Source: Octopus sinensis
Taxonomy: Eukaryota
NCBI RefSeq assembly: GCF_006345805.1
Contig: NC_043022.1
Span: forward strand, 9,424,001 to 9,488,000
Length of the DNA stretch: 64,000 nt
Reading direction: 5' to 3'
Both the position numbers and the translations under genes were made by a program. Shown one piece after another: positions 25,381 to 37,177 of this stretch (position 1 is its first letter; every line of letters starts with the position of its first letter). Under the pieces are notes generated by a model. That model worked only from the letters and a program-made list of their open reading frames with translations. It did not search any database and was not told where the DNA came from.

Positions 25381-25441
25381 AACAACAAACAAGATGAGGA
25401 CAAATATTTGTCAAATGTAAATAATGTAAATAATATAAATA

Positions 25442-25822
25442 GGCGTAGGAGTGGCATGTGTGGTAAGTAGCTTGCTTATGAACCACATGGTTCCGGGTTC
25501 AGTCCTACTATGTAGCACCTTGGGCAAATGTCTTCTATAGCCTCAGGCCAACCAAAGCCTTGTGGGTGGATTTGGTAGACGGAAACTGAAAAAAGCCCGT
25601 CGCTTATATGTGTATATATGTTTGTGTCTGCGTCCTCCAATATCGCTTGACAACCGATGCTGATATGTTTACGTCCCCGTAACTTAGCGGTTCAGCAAAA
25701 AGAGACCGATATAATAAGTACTAGGCTTACGAAGAATAAGTCCTGGGGTCGATTTGCTCGACTAAAGGCGGTGCTCCAGCATGGCCACAGTCAAATGACT
25801 GAAACAAGTAAAAGAGTAGAAA
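25442..25822 (+). mobile_element. SINE family A, full length
   Basis: Family head and tail present. Confidence 0.85.
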
Positions 25823-25880
25823 GTAATGTCAGCTTTTATTTGTTTATTAGATTTAGTACATTTGTTTTGTCACGCTGTTT

Positions 25881-26186
25881 ACCACCACCACCACCACTAC
25901 CACCACCACCACCACCACTACCATCATAACAATCATCACCCTCCCCCCACCTTCACCACCACCACTGCCAACATCACTGCCACCTCCAACACCACCGTCA
26001 ACACAACTACGACCTCCTCCTCTTCCTCCTCTATCACCACCACCATTACTAACAGTTCCACCACCACCACTGCCATCGTCATCATAATCACTGTCGTCGC
26101 CACCGCCGCCGCCACCAGCAACAACAACAACCAGCAGCACCAGCTCCACCACCACCACCATTGCCACTATTATTGTCACTACCATT
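25881..26186. repeat. (ACC)-rich trinucleotide tract
   Basis: Directly visible. Confidence 0.9.
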
Positions 26187-26496
26187 TACCTTTTGCATGA
26201 CGTAAGCAAAGTTCACTCCTTTTTTTTCTTATTGTTATTACTGTGTTACCTTTTTTGTATGACTTAGTCAAAGAATGTAGGACTATACATTCAGGAGGGA
26301 GCGAGGTAGAATGTCTTCAAACTGGTTTGAATACTTTTGACACAGATGCAAGCATGGCTGTGTGGTAAGGAGCGTGCTCAGTGACCCAGCAACAAAATTT
26401 GCTAAGGAGGTGCAAACCCAGGTCCTAATTTTTTTATGAAAAATGTGGATTTTTCCAATGTTAACAATAAAAAAAATGCAGGTATAATAATAATGA

Positions 26497-26907
26497 GGAT
26501 TTTTTCGGTTTGAACGGCAGTTTTTTCAAGCGGTGTCATATGAAATTGTCACCCATAATTATGACCCTAGTATCGATCTATTGCATTTCAATCTGTTTTA
26601 GGGTTAGGGGTGGGGGGAAGGGTATATTTTTTTCTTCACAAATGTAAATAAACCCAATTTGTTTCTTAAACGAGGGACATATTCATACGGCACAGAGTGT
26701 TTTTTAAACTCAATAGACGTCACTGATTGGTTGAAATTGCAGAAATTGAAGGAAAAAAACAACAAATATCTTACAAACGATAAAATTTTCTCAATAAAGC
26801 CAAGAGAAAAAGATGTTTTATAAACACATTCTATCAGTATATGAAGTTAAAATTTTTTAGTTACCTAGAAATTATGTTAAAAACTGCCGTTCAAACCGAA
26901 AAGATCC
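26497..26907 (+). mobile_element. MITE family D
   Basis: Both TIRs present. Flanks AATAATGA and AATAATTT (6/8 match). Confidence 0.9.
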
Positions 26908-26921
26908 AATAATTTTTATTA

Positions 26922-27275
26922 TTATGAAGGTCGGCTGAAATGTTCATAATCTGAGCAAGACACTCTCAATGGAATGTGACCAAATGAAGTTCATTTTCTA
27001 ACATAGTTTATCTTACTGTCCACACACTTCCATAAGTAGTTGCAGTGCTGGGATCGCACTGGTGAAGAAGCTTTTCTGTTGATCAAAATGGTCATCAACA
27101 ACAGATAAGATGTTCTCATCATAGTGATACTGGTGCTCAGCTGAGTGTTTTTCTATGTTGGGAAACAGATGATAACCAGAAGGAACCAAATCACTAACAT
27201 AGGGAGGATGATCAACCAGTTCAAAACCAGTCACACTCGGCAGCCATTGAAACCAAGGACTTGTGTGCTGAAGCA
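26922..27275 (-). mobile_element. Mariner transposase C-terminal remnant
   Basis: Encodes LVDHPPYVSDLVPSGYHLFPNIEKH. A TIR-like GAAGGTCGGCTGAAA lies near 26926. Confidence 0.7.
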
Positions 27276-27313
27276 TTGTCTTAATGAAACAAATGACTAT
27301 GTGTGTGTGTGTG

Positions 27314-27504
27314 TTGAGAAAAAAGTCGTCAGAATTTTGGAAAAAATCTTTTTATTTCTTCATTATTATTAGCGCCTTCGTTCCTCTCTAGAACTTGTCA
27401 AATACAAAAATTGTATTTGACAAGTTCTAGAGAGGAACGAAAGAGCTAATAATAATGAAGAAAAGGATTTTTTCCAAAATTCTGACGACTTTTCTTTTTC
27501 TCAA
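27314..27504. repeat. Fold-back palindrome with ~95-bp arms and a 3-nt loop
   Basis: Inner 31 bp (27377-27407 and 27411-27441) are perfectly complementary; outer arms are near-complementary. Confidence 0.9.
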
Positions 27505-27608
27505 TATTCAATTTTGTACATCACACCTAACATTCTATACACACACACACACACCACACACACACACACACACACACCACACACACACACATAATCCGAA
27601 ATGTATAG

Positions 27609-28006
27609 TATCTTTTCTACTCTAGGCACAAGGCCCGAAATTTTTGGGGAAGGGACCAGTTGATTAAATCGACACCAGTACACAACTGGTACTTAATTTA
27701 TCAACCACGAATGGATAAAAGGCAGCGTCGACCTCAGAGGAATTTGAACTCAGAACGTAAGGTCAGATGAAATACCTATTTCTTTACTACACACAAGGGG
27801 CTAAACACAGAGAGGACAAACAAGGACAGATAAACGGATTAAGTCGATTACATCGACCCCAGTGCGTAACTGATAATTAATTTATCGACCCTGAAAGGAT
27901 GAAAGGCCAAGTCGACCGCGGCGGAATTTGAACTCAGAACGTGACTGCAGACGAAATACCGCCAGGCATTTCGCCCGGCGTGCTAACGATTCTGGCAGCT
28001 CGCCGC
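27609..28006 (-). mobile_element. SINE family B chimeric dimer (B body plus B' body)
   Basis: Head at 28006 and standard junction at ~27765-27785. The distal unit ends in the alternative tail CCTTGTGCCTAGAGTAGAAAAGATA. Confidence 0.8.
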
Positions 28007-28627
28007 TTTAGGAAATATCAATATCAATTTCAAATTTTGGCTCAAGACCAGCAATTTCAGATTATATTGACCCCAGGGCTCAAATGGTATTTATTTTAAC
28101 AACCCCGAACGTATGAACGACAAAGTCGACCTCGGTGGAATTTGAACTCAGAATGTAAAGTCGGCCGCCGAAATTTAGAGAGATATGAATATATTCCTGT
28201 CACATTGATGCTCTAAATTAGCTCACCGTTTTAGTAAATCTTAACATTGATTTTGAACATTAATCACCTTCACTTTAAAGCATCAGAAGATAAAACAAAG
28301 CAAGAAAGCTCTGTTCGGTCGTTTTCTTTCGAGAAAGTAAGATGGAAAACTGGATCATTGGCAACAGCAGAAGTTTATTTCACCATCTGATCTATTTTAA
28401 GCTGGTTTTGTTTTCCCACTGACATTTCAATTCTAATAATAACAGCGAACGATTACGGAGGTGTCGACGAAGTCGTACTCTAACCGGTTGCTCGATTTGC
28501 TAGAAATAGCAGCCCACAAATCATATCTCATTATCTTAACCCTTTGCCTTCCGAAATATTTTGGCAAAATACTTCGGACAGGCAAATCAGAAAAATGGAT
28601 ATTTTTTTAAATGAAATTTTCTACATA

Positions 28628-28802
28628 GGCGCAGGAGTGGCTGTGTGGTAAGTAGCTTGCTTATCAACCACATGGTTCCGGGTTCAGTCCCACTGCGTGG
28701 CACTTTGGGCAAGTGTCTTCTACTGTAGTCTTGGGCCAACCAAAGCCTTGTGAGTGGATTTGGTAGACGGAAACTGAAAGAAGCCTGTCGTATATATATA
28801 TA

Positions 28803-28887
<85 letters not shown>

Positions 28888-29094
28888 TTGTGTGTCTGTG
28901 TTTGTCCCTCCAACATCACTTGACAACCGATGTTGGTGTGTTTATGTCCCTGTAACTTAGCGGTTCGGCAAAAGAGACCGATAGAATAAGTACTAGGCTA
29001 ACAAAGAATAAGTCCTGGGATCGATTTGCTCAATCGACAAAGGCGGTGCTCCAGCATGGCCACAGTCAAAATGACTGAAGCAAGTAAAAGAGAG
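28628..29094 (+). mobile_element. SINE family A, full length
   Basis: Family head and tail present. Confidence 0.85.
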
Positions 29095-29530
29095 ATATGA
29101 ATATATTCCTGTCACATAGATGCTCTAAATTAGTATAGGAGGTGGTAGGGCACAATGAAATGTTATTAATATAGGGGTTGGTGGGGCACAATGGGGAGTT
29201 ATTAGTATAATGGGTGGCGGGGCACAACGAGGAATCATTACTGTAATTTTTGGCTTTGTGACAAAATATATTTTTTACAAATGTTCAAAGTCAAGCAAAT
29301 GACCTTCTCTGAATGCATTAAAAACATTTTAACATAATCAGAACACTATTTCAGAAAATTATCACTGTTCTCTTTGAAGACATTTTTAGCTGGGCAAAAA
29401 AAATCAGCTAAGACAAGGTAAATTTGCCTCTTCATTTCTCTAGAATTAAATTTATAAAAAGACTTATACACATCAGTATCCATCGTTACGTATCAGAAAG
29501 ATAACAAATGCAACAAAAATTTTAAATATC

Positions 29531-30306
29531 TATTTCTTTACTATCCACAAGGGGCTAAACACAGAGGGGACAAACAAGGACAGACAAACGGATTAAGTCA
29601 ATTACATCGACCCCAGTGCGTAACTGGTACTTAATTTGTCGACCCCGAAAGGATGAAAGGCAAAGTCGACCTCGGCGGAATTTGAACTCAGAGGCAGATG
29701 AAATACCTATTTCTTTACTACCCACAAGGGGCTAAACACAGAGGGGACAAACAAGGACAGACAAACGGATTAAGTCAATTACATCGACCCCAGTGCGTAA
29801 CTGGTACTTAATTTGTCGACCCCGAAAGGATGAAAGGCAAAGTCGACCTCGGCGGAATTTGAACTCAGAACACATCGGCAGATGAAATACCTATTTCTTT
29901 ACTACCCACAAGGGGCTAAACACAGAGGGGACAAACAAGAACAGACAAATGGATTAAGTCAATTACATCGACCCCAGTGCGTAACTGGGACTTAATTTAT
30001 CGACCCCTAAAGGATGAAAAGCAAAGTCGACCTCGGCGGAATTTGAACTCAGAACACAGCGGCAGATGAAATACCTATTTCTTTACTACCCACAAGGGGC
30101 TAAACACAGAGGGGACAAACAAGAACAGAAAAATGGATTAAGTCAATTACATCGACCCCAGTGCGTAACTGGTACTTAATTTATCGACCCCGAAAGGATG
30201 AAAGGCAAAGTCAACCTTGGTGGAATTTGAACTCAGAACACAGTGGCAGATGAAATACCGCTAAGCATTTCGCCCGACATGCCAATGTTTCTGCCAGCTC
30301 GCCGCC
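29531..30306 (-). mobile_element. SINE family B tetramer (one head, four bodies of 177-184 bp)
   Basis: TATTTCTTTAC recurs at 29531, 29708, 29892 and 30076. 16-bp TSD AAAAATTTTAAATATC at 29515-29530 and 30311-30326. Confidence 0.9.
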
Positions 30307-30918
30307 TTATAAAAATTTTAAATATCTTGGTCAAATGAAAGAGAGTCAGGGGAAAATGGCACATGAAATGAAACTAATGGAACTCAACTAAATGGAAAAA
30401 AAAATGCACATAAAATATTCTCTATAGTAAAGTCAGCTTTTTCAGGATCTGCTAGAGTGGATCCCTTCCCAATATATTTACACATCTCGCAGTTAAAGAG
30501 ATAACATTTTGAAATTAGTTCTCATTCTATCCCTGCCCCCCACTCTCATCTGGTTACTCATTTTGCCACCTCCATACAGGCTGAAACTAAACAGGAAATT
30601 TAAAATAAACTATCTTGCTATCTCCTTCCTAATAATCCTATCTGTCTATTTGTAGTAGCTTTAATAAATTCTGGACTCCATTAAAATATCATATATAATG
30701 TATGACACCAGGGAAATATGTTGTGTGTTATCACATGATATACAGGACAGGAAAACAGTGAAAAAAAGAGAGAATGACAAATTAGATAATGTAGTTTTAG
30801 CTACAAACTATCTCTGAAAAAAAAAATGGGAAAAAAGATGAGATGATCACAGATGGAACACTTAATCATGTTTTATCCTATCAAAGCTTACATATTTTAT
30901 TAAAATTCTAGCAGTATA

Positions 30919-31320
30919 GGCGCAGGAGTGGCAGTGTGGTAAGTAGCTTGCTTACGAACCACGTGGTTCCGGGTTCAGTCCCACTGCGTGGCACCTTGGG
31001 TAAGTGTCTTCTACTATAGTCTCGGGCCGACCAAAGCCTTGTGAGTGGATTTGGTAGACGGAAACTAAAAGAAGCCTGTCGTATATATGTATGTGTGTGT
31101 GTGTGTATACGTTTGTGTTTGCCCCCCACCATCCCCAACATCGCTTGACAACCGATGCTGGTGTGTTTACATCCCCGTAACTTAGCGGTTCGGCAAAAAG
31201 AGACCGATAGAATAAGTACTAGGCTTACAAAGAATAAGACCTGGGGTCGATTTGATCGACTAAAGGCGGTGCTCCAGCATGGCCACAGTCACATGACTGA
31301 AACGAGTAAAGAGTAAAGAG
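30919..31320 (+). mobile_element. SINE family A, full length
   Basis: Family head and tail present. Confidence 0.85.
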
Positions 31321-31324
31321 TATA

Positions 31325-31713
31325 GCCTAGCGTTACTCAGGCTTGTTTTCTTTTCGACCCTTTAGAATTGGAATTTTTGAAAAGTAAAAATTTTGCATTA
31401 TGTACCTCGTTATTCTCTTTAAGTGAACATTTTTCTGGTTGAAATACACCGAAAAATGGTGACACAGCAATAAAAAAATCATAAAAAATAGGGATTTTCA
31501 TAGAAAAAAAATCACCTTTTTGATGTAAATAATTTTTGATGCTAACATGGTCCGATTTGAATTTGTTCTTCTACAGAATGAAGAGCAAGCCTTCTTCTAT
31601 CATACTCTCAATTTTGGTCAACTTGTGCAGCAGGGTCTCGGAGGAGATAGTGTTAGTTGAAGGCTACCAAGCCTGCCATACACAGACAACTTCAGCTTTA
31701 TATGTATAGAGAT
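31325..31713 (+). mobile_element. Probable non-autonomous Helitron/HINE-type element
   Basis: Ends ...CTCGGAGGAGATAG...CAGACAACTTCAGCTTTATATGTATAGAGAT. Confidence 0.5.
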
Positions 31714-31811
31714 TTAAAGGCACAAGCGTAGCTGTTTTATAAGAAGTTTGTTTCCCAATTACATGGTTCTGGTTTCAGTCCCACTGTGTGACACTGAGAA
31801 CAAGTGTCTTC

Positions 31812-32206
31812 GGATCTTTTCGGTTTGAACTTGAAATTGTCACCCGTAATTATGACCCTAGTATCGATCTATTGCATTTCAAACTGTTTTAGGGTTAGGG
31901 TTAGTTAGGGGTGGGGGAAAGGGTACCTTTTTTTCTTCACAAATGTAAATAAACCCAATCTGTTTCTTAAACGAGGGACATATTCATACGGCACAGAATG
32001 TTTTTACGTCAATGGACGTCATTGATTGGTTGAAATTGCAGAAATTGAAGAAAAAAACAACAAATATCTTACAAATTATAGAATTTCCTCAATAAAGCCA
32101 AGAGAAAAAGATGTTTTATAAACACATTCTACCAGTATATGAAGTTTAAAATTTTTTAATTACCTAGAAATTATGTTAAAAACTGCCGTTCAAACCAAAA
32201 GGATCT
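31812..32206 (+). mobile_element. MITE family D inserted in a SINE A head
   Basis: Perfect TSD GTGTCTTC at 31804-31811 and 32207-32214. Confidence 0.9.
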
Positions 32207-32542
32207 GTGTCTTCCACTATAATCTCGGGTAGACCAAACCCTTATGAGTGGATGGTTATAGTCTAATGACTAAAAACTAGGAATAGAGAAGAGATAAAAA
32301 GGTGTATGTGTGTGTGTGTGTGTATTGCTACTATGGTATCTAAAAATAGACCAGGTAGATGATGAAATAAAATGTCTCCATGACAAAAACCTTGGCACTG
32401 TTTTCTATTTATTTCCTTGAATGATTCAGTTCACCAAATCTGTTTATAAACATTACAAGTGCTCTATGAAGGAAGTGACACGTGTTATAGAAAACAAAGC
32501 CAGTGGAGGTGGGTGGGCATATATGTGTAGATATGTCATATG

Positions 32543-32818
32543 CAGTGGTAGCTCATGTATAGGTACTGCAGAATTGCAACAACCCCTATTCCCACTTGAT
32601 AATATTGATAACATTCAATATAATACTCTTTTACTTGTTTCAGTCATTTGACTGCGGCCATGCTGGAGCACCGCCTTTAGTCGAGGAAATCGCCCCCCCC
32701 CACAGGACTTATTCTTTGTAAGCCTAGTACTTATTCTATCGGTCTCTTTTGCCGAACTGCTAAGTTACGGCGATGTAAACACACCAGCATCGGTTGTCAA
32801 GCAATGCTAGGGAGACAA

Positions 32819-32868
<50 letters not shown>

Positions 32869-32894
32869 TATATATAATATATATATATACATAT

Positions 32895-32937
<43 letters not shown>

Positions 32938-33512
32938 TACATATATACGACGAGCTTCTTTCAGTTTCCGTCTACCAAATCCACTCACAAGGCTTTGGTC
33001 GGCCCGAGGCTATAGTAGAAGACACTTGCCCAAGGTGCCACGCAGTGGGACTGAACCCGGAACCATGTGGTTGGTAAGCAAGCTACTTACCACACAACCA
33101 CTCCTGCACCTATGAGTCCTTTTTTCTTTAAACTTGTAGATTATATAATCCTTAAGTAGCCATTCCCTAGTTAATGAAAAAAATTTTTAAATCATTTTAT
33201 AGAACTGTACTCTTCACAGTTCCAGCGACACGGTGTTTGGCTGTTGTGTGCATACTTACATATCCAAGATAGGAATCTGCACACTAGGGAGAGAGAGCAC
33301 TGAGGTTCACAGTGCCGACCCTAGTGTGCTGGTGAAAGTTTGTGTTTATTTTTGACTCTGCTTAAAAACATGTTTGTATTCTTGAATGTGATAAAGTCTA
33401 GAATTAGATTGTTATCCTGCTTCCAGCTACAGTGTTGCTGACAGGATCTGAAAAATAAGGCAGATCTTCCTCCTTATTTTGTGATTTAGGGGGGGGATTT
33501 TTGAAAAACAAT
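32543..33512. mobile_element. Second copy of the hAT MITE, 3'-truncated and interrupted by SINE A
   Basis: CAGTGGTAGCTC start; collinear with 11050-11540 either side of the SINE. Confidence 0.8.
32624..33110 (-). mobile_element. SINE family A, full length
   Basis: Reverse complement of family head and tail. Confidence 0.85.
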
Positions 33513-34483
33513 TCTTAAAAAGTGAATTGCGGGATCGATTCCTTCGACTAAACCATTCAAGGCGATGCCCCAGCATGGCCACAGTCTAATGACTGAAACA
33601 AGTAAAGTATAAAATATATGTATATGTTTTTACGTATTGAGTTCTTTCTTCCGTTAGTGAAACTATAAATGGTTTCAAATTTTAGCCCAAGACCAGCAGT
33701 TTTAGTGAAAATGGGGTTAAGATGATTACAACGACCCCGTTACCTATTTTAACTATACCGAAAGAATGAAAGGCAAAATCGACCTCGGCGGAATTCGAGC
33801 TCGGAACACACATATATACACACATTTATAAATAGATTTGTAATGTGTGTGTATGGGAGAGACAACAATGTCGAGGTGTCTTCGTGCGTAAAAAGATTAT
33901 CACAATAGTGAACATCAATTCAACTTTGCGCAATCAGATTTTAAACAAACCACACACACACTCAGTATGTCTTTCTCACGCACGCACACACACACACACA
34001 CACACACACGCACGCACACACGCAAGCCCGCAGAATGTCTTTCTCACGCACACACACACACACAGTCACGAGCAACAGCACACACACACACACACACAAC
34101 CCACTTGTTAAACTAACAAAAGCCGTCTGATGAAATCATGCTATTCGCGCACGTCATTTTTCTATGGAAGCTCGACGGTATCGTAATTAAAACAACTACT
34201 TTATTTTTACCTTTCTCGTGTCAATGAGATAAGTGGCGAACCTAACCTTTTCAGTTAGTACCAGGAACAAATTTGCATATGCGCATATGCATAAAGAGCC
34301 TACAGAGTGGGGAAGATATGTGCTAAGAAAAACAAAACAAAACAAAACAAACAAATAAATCTTTAATATTTACAAATTCCTTACTGTACGGGCGTTCAAA
34401 CTAACGTAAATTGAAATGCTATGATATAAAACCAGGTAGTTAGGTTTTAAATATCGCTAAGGAGTGTTGTTGAAGCAACTTTA

Positions 34484-34897
34484 GGATCTTTTCGGTTTGA
34501 AAGGCAGTTTTTAAAAATAATTTCTACGTAACTAAACACTTTAAAACTTCGTATACTGGTAGACTGTGTTTATAAAACATCTTTTTCTCTTGGCTTTATT
34601 GAGAAAATTCTATAGTTTGTAAGATATTTGTTGTTGTTTTTTCTTCAATTTCTGCAATTTCAACCAATCACTGACGTCTATTGAGTTAAAAAAACATTCT
34701 GTGCCGTATAAATATGTCCCTCGTTTAAGAAACAGATTGGGTTTATTTACATTTGTGAAGAAAAAAAGATACCCTTCCCCCCATCTCTAACCCTAAAACA
34801 GATTGAAATGTAATAGATCGATACTAGGGTCATAATTATGGGTGACAATTTCATATGACATCGCTAGAAAAAACTGCTGTTCAAACTGAAAAGATCC
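34484..34897 (-). mobile_element. MITE family D
   Basis: Perfect TSD CAACTTTA at 34476-34483 and 34898-34905. Confidence 0.9.
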
Positions 34898-35156
34898 CAA
34901 CTTTATGTTAAAATACTACTCTGCAACCATGTGGTTTCGGTTTTAGTTCCATTGCATGGCACCTTGGGATAAGTGTTTTTTACTATAAGCACTAGGCCAA
35001 CCAAAGCATATCAGTGGATCTGGCTGACAAAAATTGTGTTGAAGACCAGTGTATATAAATGTGTGTGTGTTTAGTGTTGCCAACATAAAAAATAACAGTT
35101 TTATGTTAAATTTCGGCTTTATACGAAACCAAAATGTTGAAGTCCAATTATGTTAT

Positions 35157-35556
35157 TCTCTCTCTTTTTACTCTTTTACTTGTTTCAATCATTTGACTGC
35201 GGCCATGCTGGAGCACCGCCTTTAGTCGAGTAAATCGACCCCGGGACTTATTCTTTGTAAGCACAGTACTTATTCTATTGGTCTCTTTTGCCGAACCGCT
35301 AAGTGACGGGACGTAAACACACCAGCATCGGTTGTCAAGCAATACTAGGGGGACAAACACAGACACAAACACATATATATATATATATATATACGACAGG
35401 CTTCTTTCAGTTTCCGTCTACCAAATCCACTCACAAGGCATTGGTCGGCCCGGGACTATAGCAGAAGACACTTGCCCAAGATGCCACACAGTGGGACTGA
35501 ACCCGGAACCATGTGGTTGGTTAGCAAGCTACTTACCACACAGCCACTCCTGCGCC
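35157..35556 (-). mobile_element. SINE family A, full length
   Basis: Reverse complement of family head and tail. Confidence 0.85.
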
Positions 35557-35717
35557 TATGGCTAGGCTGTATTTTACAGAAAGTATCAGTCCAAGCATAC
35601 GGAGCTGCATTTTCTTTATCAGTTTTGATTTGATCCCACTCCTACAGCTGAACAACTGTTCAACTTTAGAATTTGAGTTTGGCAATATATGGAACCAATA
35701 TATGAAGAACACAAGGC

Positions 35718-35899
35718 AGTGAGCTGGCAGAAATGTTAGCACACCAGGTGAAATGCTTAGCAGTATTTCATCTGTTTTTACGTTCTGAGTTCAAATTCCA
35801 CCGAGGTTGACTTTGTCTTTCATCGTTTTGGGGTTGATCTAATTGACTGGCCCCCACCCCCAAAATTGTGTGCCTTGTGCCTAGAGTAGAAAAGAATAT
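35718..35899 (+). mobile_element. SINE family B' (B head with alternative tail), monomer
   Basis: Head GGCAGTGAGCTGGCAGAAATG and tail CCTTGTGCCTAGAGTAGAAAAGAATA. Confidence 0.75.
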
Positions 35900-35970
35900 T
35901 TATAGGTTAATGGTAAATTTTTGCAAATTCTTTAAAAGCATTTCTTCCAGTGGCATCTTTATAATCCAAA

Positions 35971-36305
35971 CCCCACTATGTAACTGGTACTTTATTTATT
36001 AACCCTGAAAGGATGTAAGGCAAAGTCGACCTTGGCAGAATTTGAACCCAGAACGTAAAGACAGATGAAATACCTATTTCTTTACTGCCCACAAGGAGCT
36101 AAACACAGAGAGGACAAACAAGGACAGACAAACGGATTAAGTCGATTATATTGACCCCTGTGCATAACTGGTACTTATTTAATCAACCCCGAAAGGATGA
36201 AAGGCAAAGTTGACCTCGGCAGAATTTGAACTCAGAACATAGCGGCAGACAAAATACGGCTACGCATTTCGCCCGGCGTGCAAACGTTTCTGCCAGCTCG
36301 CCGCC
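35971..36305 (-). mobile_element. SINE family B dimer, distal unit truncated
   Basis: Junction GAAATACC|TATTTCTTTAC at ~36067-36085. Confidence 0.8.
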
Positions 36306-37059
36306 TTATTAAAGAAAACAAAAGAAAATTTTAAATGCTATCTTGGCAACATTATGTATGTTCATGTCAGCCCCTCCCACCCATTTGATAACTGGTGTTG
36401 ATTTGTTTGCGTCCTTGTGACTTAGCAGTTCAACAAACATCACTAAAGTACAAAACTTAAAAAAGACCCATAAGTAATGGGGTCAATTTGTCTGACTTAT
36501 AAGCCTTCTAGGTGATGGTCCCAGCAGGGCTGCTGTCCAACGACTGAAGCAAGTGAAAGATAGAAAATTAAAAAAACCAACGATTACTGATGGATTAGTA
36601 ATTAATACTGAAATGGATCAATACCACAAACAGCATTGAACCTGATAGAACTTGTTCTGCTTGTTGTTGTTGTTGTTGTTTTGTTTATTTCATCCTCCAT
36701 ATGTCATAGGTACAGTGAGAAATTCAATTAACAGTTATTGGAATTCAATAAAATGATCCACTGAAATTGCTAACATAGAAGTGAGATAGTCCGGACATGT
36801 CTATCAATTAATTGATCACTTTCATTTAAAAACTTATGTCGACATCATCACCACCATCATCATCATCATTTAATATCTACTTTCCATGCTGTCATGGGTT
36901 AGGGATTCTCAACCATTTTATATGTATATACCCATTTCTTTACTACCCACAAGGGGCTAAACACAGAGGGGACAAACAAGGACAGACAAATGAATTAAGT
37001 CAATTACATCGACCCCAGTGCGTAACTGGTACTTAATTTATCGACCCCGAAAGGATGAA

Positions 37060-37130
<71 letters not shown>

Positions 37131-37139
37131 ATATAACCT

Positions 37140-37172
<33 letters not shown>

Positions 37173-37177
37173 CCCTA

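Larger units (their letters stand above)
25019..25440. mobile_element. Palindromic Penelope-LTR-like element with central (AAT)n
   Basis: Left arm 25019-25200 is the reverse complement of right arm 25280-25440. Confidence 0.75.

Noticed and set aside
28178-29133. 44-bp segment duplicated at 28178-28221 and 29090-29133
   Set aside because: It does not bracket a single element like a TSD, and no mechanism or function is supportable.
29531-30306. Regular arrays here and at 51486-52822 as CRISPR
   Set aside because: Whole units repeat with no unique spacers, there are no cas genes, and the DNA is eukaryotic.
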